A program made the position numbers and the translations under genes. From an uncultured Actinomycetota bacterium (GTDB taxonomy: Bacteria; Actinomycetota; Actinomycetes; JBEVHX01), in assembly GCA_963836025.1 (NCBI GenBank), contig CAWIIE010000007.1, positions 80,500 through 144,499 on the forward strand: 64,000 nucleotides of DNA, written 5' to 3'. Shown here in pieces: positions 1-11,106 of this stretch. The stretch's first letter is position 1; each line of letters begins with the position of its first letter. Under the pieces are notes generated by a model that was not told the DNA's origin, searched no databases, and saw only the letters and a program-made list of their open reading frames with translations.

Positions 1-677
1 CCCCTGGTCGTATGCGCCGCGCCGCCGCCGAACCCGACTAGCACGCCGGCGGCCCCGGTGCGCATCAGGTGCAACGCAGCCTGGTAGGTCGCGCAGCCGC
101 CGACCACCACCGGGACGTCGAGCTCGTAGATGAACCGCTTGAGGTTGAGCGGCTCCGCGCGGCCGGACACGTGCTCGGCCGACACCGTCGTCCCGCGGAT
201 CACGAAGACGTCGACGCCGGCGTCGACGACGGCCTTGTGGAAGGTCGCGGTGCGTTGCGGCGACAGGGCGGCGGCCACCGTCACGCCGGCCTCGCGGACC
301 TCCTTGATCCGGGAGACGATCAGGTCGTCGCGGATCGGCGCCGCATACAGCTCCTGCATCCGCACGGTCGCGGCCGCGTCGTCGAGCTCGGCGATCTCGG
401 TGAGCAGCGGCGCGGGGTCGTCGTAGCGCGTCCAAAGGCCCTCAAGGTTGAGCACGCCCAGGCCGCCGAGCCGGCCGATCTCGATCGCGGTCGCCGGCGA
501 AACCACCGAGTCCATCGGCGCCGCGAGCAGCGGCAGCTCGAACCGATAGGCATCGATCTGCCAGGCGATCGAGACTTCCTCCGGGTCACGGGTTCGCCGG
601 GACGGCACGATCGCGATGTCGTCGAACGCATAGGCCTTGCGCCCACGCTTGCCCCGGCCGATCTCGACCTCGGTCAT
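1..677 (-). CDS. IMP dehydrogenase-related protein (GuaB3-type), N-terminal ~225 codons; the 3' end lies beyond the window edge
   Basis: My translation from the ATG at 677-675 reads MTEVEIGRGKRGRKAYAFDDIAIVPSRRTRDPEEVSIAWQIDAYRFELPLLAAPMDSVVSP...VVVGGCATYQAALHLMRTGAAGVLVGFGGG. It is absent from the ORF track because no stop falls inside the window. It lies directly downstream of guaB, as in other actinobacteria. Confidence 0.85.
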   Translation of the reverse strand, partial: MTEVEIGRGKRGRKAYAFDDIAIVPSRRTRDPEEVSIAWQIDAYRFELPLLAAPMDSVVSPATAIEIGRLGGLGVLNLEGLWTRYDDPAPLLTEIAELDDAAATVRMQELYAAPIRDDLIVSRIKEVREAGVTVAAALSPQRTATFHKAVVDAGVDVFVIRGTTVSAEHVSGRAEPLNLKRFIYELDVPVVVGGCATYQAALHLMRTGAAGVLVGFGGGAAHTTR

Positions 678-701
678 GCGATCCCTTCGGACGCGCGCCG
701 G

Positions 702-3958
<3,257 letters not shown>

Positions 3959-4020
3959 TCACAGGACAACGCCCCGGTGCCCGGGCTTCCGGGCCGCCCG
4001 GGGCGGTGTCTGGTTGCTTT

Positions 4021-4194
4021 GAGTGGTTGGACTTCTTTGGGGGGACACGGGGGCGGAGCCCCCGTGCGTGGAGTGGTTGGACGCTTTTGGGGGGACACGG
4101 GGGCGGAGCCCCCGTGCGTGGGGGTACACGGGGGGCGGAGCCCCCCGTGGGTCTGCTTGTTCTTGGGGGGACACGGGGGGCGGAGCCCCCCGTG
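4021..4194. repeat. Four GC-rich stem-loops (two in perfect 50-bp tandem units) filling the groES-groEL spacer
   Basis: Units at 4021-4070 and 4071-4120 are GAGTGGTTGGAC..TTTGGGGGGACACGGGGGCGGAGCCCCCGTGCGTG. Hairpins of the form CACGGGGG(G)CGGAGC(C)CCCCGTG lie at 4046-4066, 4096-4116, 4127-4149 and 4172-4194. Confidence 0.9.
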
Positions 4195-4201
4195 GGTGGG
4201 T

Positions 4202-4495
4202 CTACTTCTCGATGACGGCGAGCACGTCGCGCGCGGAGAGGATCAGGTACTCCTCGCCGTCGTACTTCACCTCGGTGCCGCCGTACTTGCTGTAGACGAC
4301 CTTGTCGCCGACAGCGACGTCGAGCGGGACGCGGTTGCCGTCCTCGAAACGGCCGGGGCCGATGGCCATGACCTCGCCCTCCTGGGGCTTCTCCTTGGCG
4401 GTGTCCGGGATCACGAGCCCGGACGCAGTGGTCTGCTCTGCATCGAGGGGCTTCACGACGATGCGGTCCTCGAGCGGCTTGATGGAGACCGACAC
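4202..4495 (-). CDS. groES: Co-chaperonin GroES (10 kDa)
   Basis: [97 protein letters not shown], 97 aa. GTG start at 4495, chosen by family length. The track ORF extends further upstream. Confidence 0.96.
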   Translation of the reverse strand: MSVSIKPLEDRIVVKPLDAEQTTASGLVIPDTAKEKPQEGEVMAIGPGRFEDGNRVPLDVAVGDKVVYSKYGGTEVKYDGEEYLILSARDVLAVIEK

Positions 4496-4582
4496 GGTTC
4501 TGGGTCCTCCGAGAGTTGGTCTGGATGATGGCCGTCGGGCCCGCCGTCGCGGGGGTCGAGCCCTGGGCCGTTGGACTGTGCG

Positions 4583-4609
4583 TTGGCACTTCCATGGGGA
4601 GAGTGCCAA
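4583..4609. promoter_or_regulatory. CIRCE operator 1 (HrcA-type inverted repeat)
   Basis: TTGGCACTT-N9-GAGTGCCAA compared with the consensus TTAGCACTC-N9-GAGTGCTAA. It lies 88 nt upstream of the groES start. Confidence 0.85.
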
Positions 4610-4628
4610 CGCGAAACCTAGTCGGGTC

Positions 4629-4655
4629 TTAGCACTCCGTCAACCCGAGTGCCAG
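4629..4655. promoter_or_regulatory. CIRCE operator 2
   Basis: TTAGCACTC-N9-GAGTGCCAG. Second copy, 46 bp from the first, upstream of groES. Confidence 0.85.
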
Positions 4656-4676
4656 CGGCTCGGGGAGCTCCGTTCG

Positions 4677-4776
4677 CCGATCACGACAATCCCCGCCGGC
4701 GCGGCGCCGACCATGACGAAGCGCCCGCACCCTCGTCATGATCGACCACCGCTGAGCGCAGTTCGTCATGATCAGC
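4677..4776. repeat. Family-B box element B1 (two forward and two inverted boxes, ~100 bp)
   Basis: Forward boxes CCGATCACGACAATCCCC (4677) and CCGACCATGACGAAG (4707). Inverted boxes CTCGTCATGATCGAC (4732) and TTCGTCATGATCAGC (4762). Spacing within each pair is 30 bp. Same architecture as 11007-11106. Confidence 0.85.
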
Positions 4777-5963
4777 AGGTGGACGCGGCCGCGCTGGCCT
4801 GGTTGCGCTCGCCCGAGGGGCGGGCGCTCATGACCGCGCTGCCTCCGTATGCGGACGCCGACGCGCTGGCCGTGTCCGCTCGGCTACGACGGCGGGGGTA
4901 TGCGGCCGACGCGGTGGCCGCCGCCCTGACCCAGCACCGGCTGAGGTCGCGGGCCGTCAACCGACTAGGCCTGGACGCGGCCCGCATGTGGTTCACCGTC
5001 GACGGCGCCGAGCAGGCGACCCGGCCGGAGGTGGCGAAGCGTCGGGCGGCCCGGTTCGCCGAGTCCGGCGCGACCCACGTCGCGGACCTCGGCTGCGGGA
5101 TCGGGGCGGACGCTATCGCCTTCGCCCGGGCGGGCCTGCGGGTCACCGCATACGAGCGGGATGCCCTGACCGCAGCGGTCGCGCGGGCGAACGCAGCAGA
5201 GCTCGGGCTGGCCGAACGCATTGACGTGATCGAGGCTGACGTCCGCGAGGCCGACGTGACCGCTGTCGATGCCGCGTTCGCCGACCCGGCCCGTCGTCAC
5301 GGCGGCCGCCGGCTGCTCGATCCGGAGGCGTGGTCGCCGCCGTTCTCCTGGGTGGTCGAGCTCGCGCAGCGCATCCCGGCGACCGCGGCGAAGGTCGCGC
5401 CGGGCATCGCGCACAGCTTGCCGCCGCCGGCTGCTGAGACCGAGTGGGTGTCGGTCGACGGCGACCTGCTCGAGGCGTGCGTATGGTTCGGGGCGCTGGC
5501 TTCGCCGCACGTCCGACGGCGCGCGACGGTCCTGCCGTCCGACGAGACGCTCACCGACGCGGGCCTAACGCCGCCCGTGGTCGGCGCGGTGGGCGCATAC
5601 CTGCTCGAGCCCGATGCCGCGGTCATCCGCGCCGGACTCGTCGGCCACGTCGCCGAGCGGGTCGGCGGTCGGTTGATCGACGCGACCATCGCCTACGTGA
5701 CCTGCGACCGATCCCCACCGGCGTCGGCGCTGTGGACGACGTATGCCATCACCGACGCCCTGCCGTTCAACCTGAAGAGGTTGCGCGCCCTGCTCCACGA
5801 GCGCCGCATCGGCGCAGTCGAGATCAAGAAGCGCGGATCCCCGATCGAACCCGAAACGCTGCGGCGTCAACTCAGACTCGACAAGGACGCCCGCAATACC
5901 GCGACCGTCGTCGTCACCAGAGTGGCCGGCGAGCCCACTGTCCTGTTCGTCGAGCGGAGATAG
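4713..5963 (+). CDS. Class I SAM-dependent methyltransferase
   Basis: Contains VADLGCGIGADAIAFARAGLRVTAYERD (GxGxG SAM motif) within a long conserved-looking body. The start is uncertain: the ATG at 4713 lies inside a repeat box, and the GTG at 4779 (VDAAALAWLRSPEGRAL...) is equally plausible. Confidence 0.8.
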   Translation: MTKRPHPRHDRPPLSAVRHDQQVDAAALAWLRSPEGRALMTALPPYADADALAVSARLRRRGYAADAVAAALTQHRLRSRAVNRLGLDAARMWFTVDGAEQATRPEVAKRRAARFAESGATHVADLGCGIGADAIAFARAGLRVTAYERDALTAAVARANAAELGLAERIDVIEADVREADVTAVDAAFADPARRHGGRRLLDPEAWSPPFSWVVELAQRIPATAAKVAPGIAHSLPPPAAETEWVSVDGDLLEACVWFGALASPHVRRRATVLPSDETLTDAGLTPPVVGAVGAYLLEPDAAVIRAGLVGHVAERVGGRLIDATIAYVTCDRSPPASALWTTYAITDALPFNLKRLRALLHERRIGAVEIKKRGSPIEPETLRRQLRLDKDARNTATVVVTRVAGEPTVLFVERR

Positions 5964-5991
5964 CGGTGGTTGCCCCGGGTACCGTCGCGGG

Positions 5992-6396
5992 ATGGCAACT
6001 CTGGATCTCGGTGAGCTCAACGGGTTTCCGATCGACGACCCGACCCCGGTCAAGCGCGACGGCAAGACCTTTGTGGTGGTGCGGCAACGCGAAACCCCGG
6101 ACGACCCCTGTGTCTTCAGCGACCGCTGCCCGCATCTCGGTCTGAGCCTGACCCGCGGGCCGGGCGGCAAGAAGTACGTCGACGGCCACATCGTCTGCCC
6201 ATTCCACAACTCGGAGTTCGACGTACGGACCGGGGAGAACCTCGACTGGACTCCTGGCTTCGCCGGCCGACGAGCCCCCGGCTGGTCGCGCGGGCTCATC
6301 AGCCTGGGTCGGAAGCCCGCGCCGCTGCGGAGGTTTGCGGTGGAGGTGCGCGACGGGCGGCTCGTCGTCGACGACGCCCCCCAACCACCGCCGTGA
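5992..6396 (+). CDS. Small Rieske [2Fe-2S] domain protein
   Basis: 134 aa with CPHLG...CPFH (CxH...CxxH Rieske ligand pattern). The stop TGA lies inside a repeat box. Confidence 0.85.
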   Translation: MATLDLGELNGFPIDDPTPVKRDGKTFVVVRQRETPDDPCVFSDRCPHLGLSLTRGPGGKKYVDGHIVCPFHNSEFDVRTGENLDWTPGFAGRRAPGWSRGLISLGRKPAPLRRFAVEVRDGRLVVDDAPQPPP

Positions 6397-6473
6397 TCAT
6401 GCGCAAAGTACGCACCCAACCACCGCCGTGATCATGCGCAAAGTACGCCGCCGGAATTCGTGCATGATCACTG
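6380..6473. repeat. Family-B box element B2: a 35-bp perfect-core tandem duplication plus one inverted box
   Basis: CCCAACCACCGCCGTGATCATGCGCAAAGTACGC occurs at 6380-6414 and 6415-6449. The inverted variant ATTCGTGCATGATCACTG lies at 6456-6473. Confidence 0.9.
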
Positions 6474-6483
6474 CGGGATCGAG

Positions 6484-6501
6484 TGCAAAGAAACCTTTGC
6501 A
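6484..6501. promoter_or_regulatory. Candidate operator palindrome upstream of the ArsR-family gene
   Basis: TGCAAAG-AAAC-CTTTGCA, 30 nt upstream of the ATG at 6531, with a third CTTTGC half-site at 6508. AT-rich in a GC-rich context. The operator role is inferred. Confidence 0.45.
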
Positions 6502-6530
6502 AACATCTCTTTGCGGTGTACCCTGGCCGC

Positions 6531-7130
6531 ATGGCTCAGACAAAGAAGTGGACCCAGACCCGGGTCACCGAGGTCGAGGCACTCAAGGCAATCGCGCATC
6601 CGCTGCGCACTCGGCTGCTCGGCCGGCTGCGCTTGAACGGCCCGGCGACGGCGAGCGAGCTTGCTCGGCAGGTTGGTGAGTCGAGCGGGTCCACCAGTTA
6701 CCACCTGCGGCAGCTCGCCCGCTATGGATTCGTGGTGGAGGACGAGGAGCAGCCGTCGAAGCGCGAGCGTCGCTGGAAAGCCGCAGCCGACTTCACGAAC
6801 TGGCAGGACGACGACTTCGTGGACGATCCCGCGGGACGGGCGGCCTCTGATGCCCTGAGCGAGCTCCAGCTCGGCTACGCCGTCCGCAGCAATCGGCGCT
6901 GGCGGGCCGAACGGGCGACCTGGACCCGCGCGTGGCGTCGGGCCGGCGGGGCGAGCGACGTCGTGATCCGGCTGACCCCCGCGGCAGCCAAGCGGCTGAT
7001 CGCCGAGTTCGATGACTTGCTCGCGCGCTACGACGCCGAGTGCGCCGATGATCCGAAGGCCGAGCGGGTCGGCGTCTTCTACCAGTTGACGCCCGGGCGT
7101 CTCGAGTCCGACGGGGAGCCGTTGCTATGA
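6531..7130 (+). CDS. ArsR-family (winged helix-turn-helix) transcriptional regulator
   Basis: MAQTKKWTQTRVTEVEALKAIAHPLRTRLLGRLRLNGPATASELARQVGESSGSTSYHLRQLARYGFV is a typical ArsR/SmtB HTH. The ATG at 6531 was chosen over the upstream in-frame start. Its stop overlaps the next gene (ATGA). Confidence 0.85.
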   Translation: MAQTKKWTQTRVTEVEALKAIAHPLRTRLLGRLRLNGPATASELARQVGESSGSTSYHLRQLARYGFVVEDEEQPSKRERRWKAAADFTNWQDDDFVDDPAGRAASDALSELQLGYAVRSNRRWRAERATWTRAWRRAGGASDVVIRLTPAAAKRLIAEFDDLLARYDAECADDPKAERVGVFYQLTPGRLESDGEPLL

Positions 7131-8419
7131 CTGGCCGTCAACTGGCCCACCGCTACGCGTTGCTCACGGGGCTGCGGTGGTTCCCCATCGGCTTGGTCCT
7201 GCCGGTACTCGTCCTGATCAAGGAGGCTCGCGGGCTCGACGTCGCAACGATCGGTCAGGTGATGGCGGTCTACGGCATCACCACGGTCGTCCTCGAGCTG
7301 CCGACCGGTGGCCTCGCCGACGTGATCGGTCGTCGCGGTGTTGTCGTGCTGTCCTCGTTGACCACAGCCGCCGGTTTGCTCGTGCTCGCGCTGGCGACGA
7401 ACGTCCCGACGATGTGTGCCGCGATGGTGCTCCAAGGCGCCGGCCGGGCGCTCTCCTCCGGTCCGCTGACCGCGTGGTACGTCGATGCCGTGCACGCCGA
7501 CGACGTGCACGGAGACATCCAGTACGGGCTGTCCCGGGGCGAGGCCTCCGAGGCGTTCGGGCTGGGCATCGGCGCGGTCGTCGGCGGCTTCCTGCCGGCA
7601 GCCGCGATGTGGCTTTTCGACGATCTGGCCAGCTCGGGTGACGACCCGCTCATCACGCTGTCGGTTCCCCTCATCGTCGGTGCGGTGCTCAGCGTGTTCC
7701 ACGCGATCCTGACGCTGCTCATCGTGCAGGAGCCCGAGCGTCCGCGGCAGACGTTGCGCGCTGTGACCCGTGGCATCCCGGCGACCGTCGCGGACGGACT
7801 CAGGCTCGGCACCCGTGACGTCGTGCTGCGGCGGTTGATGCTGCAAATGATGGCGATCGGCGTCGTCCTCAGCTCGGTCGAACTGCTCACACCGTTGACC
7901 CTGGCCGACCTCACCGGTGGCAACGACTCGGGCAGTGCTGCGTTCGGGGTCCTCGCGGCGACCGGATTCATCGGGACGACCGTCGGTTCCCTCCTCGCGC
8001 CGAGAGCAGCCCGCGCAGCCGGGTCGGGCGTGCGTGTCGTCATGGTCGCGTTCTTCGTCGCTGCACCTCTGGCCGCGCTCCTCGCGGTTCCTTTGTTCGG
8101 CGTGGTCGCGGCCGCATACGTGCTGATGTATGCGGTGATGGGACTGGTCGGCCCACTGACGGCCGAGATCCTGCATGGTCGCGTCGGGCCAAGCGTGCGG
8201 AGCACCGTCCTGTCGGTGGAGTCCCTCGCTCTCCAGGCAGGTGGCCTGACCGCGAGCATCGCCGTCGGCGCGCTCGCGCAGGCTGCCGGCATCGGCTGGG
8301 GGTATGCAGTCGTTGCGGCAGCGCTGCTCGTGTGCGGGGCGCTGATGATCCGGCTGCCGTCAACGAAGCAGCACCTCGGTGACGGGCAGCGAGGAGTCGG
8401 CCGGCAGGTCGAGGTCTGA
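7127..8419 (+). CDS. MFS transporter
   Basis: 430 aa, multi-span hydrophobic profile, with [14 protein letters not shown] (MFS motif-A-like D-R/K-x-G-R-R). Translationally coupled to the ArsR gene. Confidence 0.85.
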   Translation: MTGRQLAHRYALLTGLRWFPIGLVLPVLVLIKEARGLDVATIGQVMAVYGITTVVLELPTGGLADVIGRRGVVVLSSLTTAAGLLVLALATNVPTMCAAMVLQGAGRALSSGPLTAWYVDAVHADDVHGDIQYGLSRGEASEAFGLGIGAVVGGFLPAAAMWLFDDLASSGDDPLITLSVPLIVGAVLSVFHAILTLLIVQEPERPRQTLRAVTRGIPATVADGLRLGTRDVVLRRLMLQMMAIGVVLSSVELLTPLTLADLTGGNDSGSAAFGVLAATGFIGTTVGSLLAPRAARAAGSGVRVVMVAFFVAAPLAALLAVPLFGVVAAAYVLMYAVMGLVGPLTAEILHGRVGPSVRSTVLSVESLALQAGGLTASIAVGALAQAAGIGWGYAVVAAALLVCGALMIRLPSTKQHLGDGQRGVGRQVEV

Positions 8420-9409
8420 GGCCGGGCGCCCGCGCGCCACCATCTCCGCGCCGAGCGCCGCGACCATCGCGCCGTTGTCGGTACACAGCCCCGGTCGAGG
8501 GACTCGCACCATGATTCCGGCGTCCGCGCACCGTGCTTCGGCGACGACCCGCAACCTGGAGTTGGCCGCAACACCGCCCCCGATCAGCAGCGTGTCGACG
8601 CCTTGCTCACGACAGGCCAGGACGGCCTTGCGGGTCAGTACATCGACCACCGCCTCCTGGAACGACGCGGCCACGTCGGCCACCGGCACCGGCTCATTGG
8701 CCCGCTCCCGCGCCTCGACCCAGCGCGCAACCGCTGTCTTCAGACCCGAGAACGAGAAGTCGTACCGGTGGTCGCGCAGGTCGTGCGCTCCGGTCAGGCC
8801 GCGCGGGAAGTCGATGTATGCCGCGTCCCCCTCATGTGCGGCCCGGTCGATGTGCGGCCCGCCCGGGAACGGCAGGCCGAGCAGCCGGGCTACCTTGTCG
8901 AACGCCTCCCCCGCGGCGTCGTCGATCGTGGCGCCGAGCGGCAGGACGTGCGCGGTCACGTCGGACACAAGCAGCAACGACGAGTGCCCGCCGCTGACCA
9001 GCAACGCGATGCACGGCGATGGCAGCGGACCATGCTCCAGCTGGTCCACTGCGACATGCGCGGCGAGGTGGTTGACGCCGTAGATCGGCTTGTCCAACGC
9101 GAGCGCATACGCCTTGGCGGCCGCGACCCCGACCAGCAGCGCACCGGCGAGCCCCGGCCCGGCGGTCACTGCGACCGCGTCGAGGTCACGGCCAAGGACG
9201 TCGGCGGTCGCAAGCGCGCGCTCGATCGTGGGGACCATCGCGTCCAGGTGCGCCCGGCTCGCGACCTCGGGCACCACGCCGCCGAACCGCGCGTGCTCGT
9301 CGACGCTGCTCGCAACGGCGTCGGCGAGCAGGGTGGTGCCGCGCACGACACCGACCCCGGTCTCGTCACACGAGGTCTCGATCCCGAGCACCAGTGGCGC
9401 GTCAGCCAC
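8360..9409 (-). CDS. tsaD: tRNA N6-adenosine threonylcarbamoyltransferase
   Basis: [54 protein letters not shown]..., 349 aa. Its 3' end overlaps the convergent MFS gene by 60 nt. Confidence 0.96.
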   Translation of the reverse strand: MADAPLVLGIETSCDETGVGVVRGTTLLADAVASSVDEHARFGGVVPEVASRAHLDAMVPTIERALATADVLGRDLDAVAVTAGPGLAGALLVGVAAAKAYALALDKPIYGVNHLAAHVAVDQLEHGPLPSPCIALLVSGGHSSLLLVSDVTAHVLPLGATIDDAAGEAFDKVARLLGLPFPGGPHIDRAAHEGDAAYIDFPRGLTGAHDLRDHRYDFSFSGLKTAVARWVEARERANEPVPVADVAASFQEAVVDVLTRKAVLACREQGVDTLLIGGGVAANSRLRVVAEARCADAGIMVRVPRPGLCTDNGAMVAALGAEMVARGRPASDLDLPADSSLPVTEVLLR

Positions 9410-9845
9410 GGCGCATCACCACTCCGTCCAGGCCCGGCCCGTAGTAGTTCGACCGAACCGCGAGGGTCGCAAAGCCGAACCGGGCGTACAGCCGGCGAGC
9501 CGCGTCGTTGTCGGCACGCACCTCCAACGTGACCGAGCGGCAGCCCCGGCGCTGGGCCTCGTCGACCAGCTCGGTGAGCAGCTGTGCGCCGAGGCCAGCT
9601 CGCTGCTGGTCGGGCGCCACCGCGACGGTCTGCACGTCGGCCTCGCCGGCAACCGCCATCAGCCCGGCGTAACCGACGACCTGCTCGTCCTCGGTGGCGA
9701 CCACGTAGTGCCGGGTCTCCGGCACCCCGGCCAGCTCAGACCAGAACAACGGCTGGCTCCACGGGTCGGCGGTGAACAGCTGCTGCTCCAACGCATGGCA
9801 GGCCGGGATGTCCCACCAGCGCATTCGTCGCAGCCGCGCCGTCAC
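9402..9845 (-). CDS. rimI: Ribosomal-protein-alanine N-acetyltransferase
   Basis: GNAT core [58 protein letters not shown]. The GTG at 9845 overlaps the tsaB stop (GTGA). Position between tsaB and tsaD supports the call. Confidence 0.88.
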   Translation of the reverse strand: MTARLRRMRWWDIPACHALEQQLFTADPWSQPLFWSELAGVPETRHYVVATEDEQVVGYAGLMAVAGEADVQTVAVAPDQQRAGLGAQLLTELVDEAQRRGCRSVTLEVRADNDAARRLYARFGFATLAVRSNYYGPGLDGVVMRRG

Positions 9846-10495
9846 GCGAGGACCGACTTGCGCCGGCCGGGCTCGGCCGCGTCCGGCCGCCGCAGGTACA
9901 TCGGATGCGCCGGCAACAGCCCGGCACCGCCAAGGTCGATCCGCCGGCGGACCACCGCGGCGAGCGTCCCCGCCCGGGGCAGCTGCGGCTCGATCCCGTT
10001 CGGCAGCTCGTCGGGGTACAGCCGCGGGCCTTCGCCCGCACACGGCCGAGCTCGCAGACCAGGCTCGATGTCGGCCGGCCGAAGCACGGCCGGGTCAGTG
10101 GTGCGTGTGTCCGGGCTGTCGTATGCAGCGACGTAGACCTCGCGACGTCGGGCGTCGGTGGCGACCATGAACGGTCCGTCGATGGTGACGGCGGCGGCCA
10201 GCACGTCGAGGGTGCAGACGCCGTGCAACGGGATGCCCAGCGTCGCTGACAGGACCCGCGCGGTCACCAGCCCTACCCGCAGACCGGTGAACGGACCGGG
10301 GCCGACGCCGACAGCAACATGCGTGAGGTCGCGGGCGGTCGCCCCGGCGTCCAGCAGTACCCGGGCGATGCCGGGCGCGACCAGCTCGCCGTGCCGTCGC
10401 GCGTCCACCTCAAGGGACTCGGCCAGCACCCGCTCCCCGTCGTGGACCGCCACGGTCACGGCCGGGGTCGCGGTGTCGAGGGCCAGCAGCAGCAC
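9842..10495 (-). CDS. tsaB: tRNA threonylcarbamoyladenosine biosynthesis protein TsaB
   Basis: MLLLALDTATPAVTVAVHDGERVLAESLEVDARRHGELVAPGI..., 217 aa. Operon context tsaE-tsaB-rimI-tsaD. Confidence 0.92.
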   Translation of the reverse strand: MLLLALDTATPAVTVAVHDGERVLAESLEVDARRHGELVAPGIARVLLDAGATARDLTHVAVGVGPGPFTGLRVGLVTARVLSATLGIPLHGVCTLDVLAAAVTIDGPFMVATDARRREVYVAAYDSPDTRTTDPAVLRPADIEPGLRARPCAGEGPRLYPDELPNGIEPQLPRAGTLAAVVRRRIDLGGAGLLPAHPMYLRRPDAAEPGRRKSVLA

Positions 10496-10499
10496 GGCC

Positions 10500-11045
10500 T
10501 CAGCGTAGGTCGGTTGGGAGCACGCCGACCCAACGCGGACCCAGTCCGGTCACCTGGACGACGCGCACGTCCTCGCCGTCATCGGTTGCGGTGCCGACTG
10601 CGCGATGGATGACGACCTCGAGGCGATCGTCGGCCAGCCCTTCGACCTTGCCCTCCCCCCACTCGACGACGGTGACCGACTCGGCCAGGGACGCGTCGAG
10701 GTCGAGGTCGTCGACCTCGTCGATCGACCCGAGACGGTATGCGTCCACGTGCACCAGCGGCGGGCCGGCCGTGAGCGACGGATGAACCCGGGCGATGACG
10801 AAGGTCGGCGACGTCACCGGCCCGCGGACGCCCAACCCGTCGCCGAGGCCTTGGGCCAGCGTCGTCTTGCCGGCCCCGAGCTCGCCGGACAGCAGGACCA
10901 GGTCACCGGCCCGCAACAGTGCGGCCAGTCGGGCCCCGAACGCCCGCATGTCGGCCGGCGTTGCCAGCGTCAGGGCCGCCCCCGGGTGACCGGACGACGG
11001 CGTCGGCCGATCATGACGATCCCCCGGCCCAAGAGCGCCGATCAT
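10500..11045 (-). CDS. tsaE: tRNA threonylcarbamoyladenosine biosynthesis ATPase TsaE
   Basis: LLSGELGAGKTTLAQGLGDGLGVRGPVTSPTFVIARVH (P-loop) followed by HVDAYRL. The start is uncertain because the ATG at 11045 lies inside a family-B box. Confidence 0.88.
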   Translation of the reverse strand: MIGALGPGDRHDRPTPSSGHPGAALTLATPADMRAFGARLAALLRAGDLVLLSGELGAGKTTLAQGLGDGLGVRGPVTSPTFVIARVHPSLTAGPPLVHVDAYRLGSIDEVDDLDLDASLAESVTVVEWGEGKVEGLADDRLEVVIHRAVGTATDDGEDVRVVQVTGLGPRWVGVLPTDLR

Positions 11046-11106
11046 GACGAAAGACCTGCATGTTGCGTCATGATCGCCGCCCGGTTCGTGGCTTCGTCAT
11101 GATCGG
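11007..11106. repeat. Family-B box element B3 (two forward and two inverted boxes, ~100 bp)
   Basis: CCGATCATGACGATCCCC (11007), CCGATCATGACGAAAG (11038), GCGTCATGATCGCC (11065), TTCGTCATGATCGG (11093). Homologous box-by-box to 4677-4776. Confidence 0.9.

Noticed and set aside
4006-4295. Short ORFs across the groES-groEL spacer with repeated peptide strings (GGTRGRSPRAW, GGTRGAEPPVG).
   Set aside because: They exist on both strands and in several frames only because the DNA is a tandem hairpin repeat. They have no start context and no plausible protein character.
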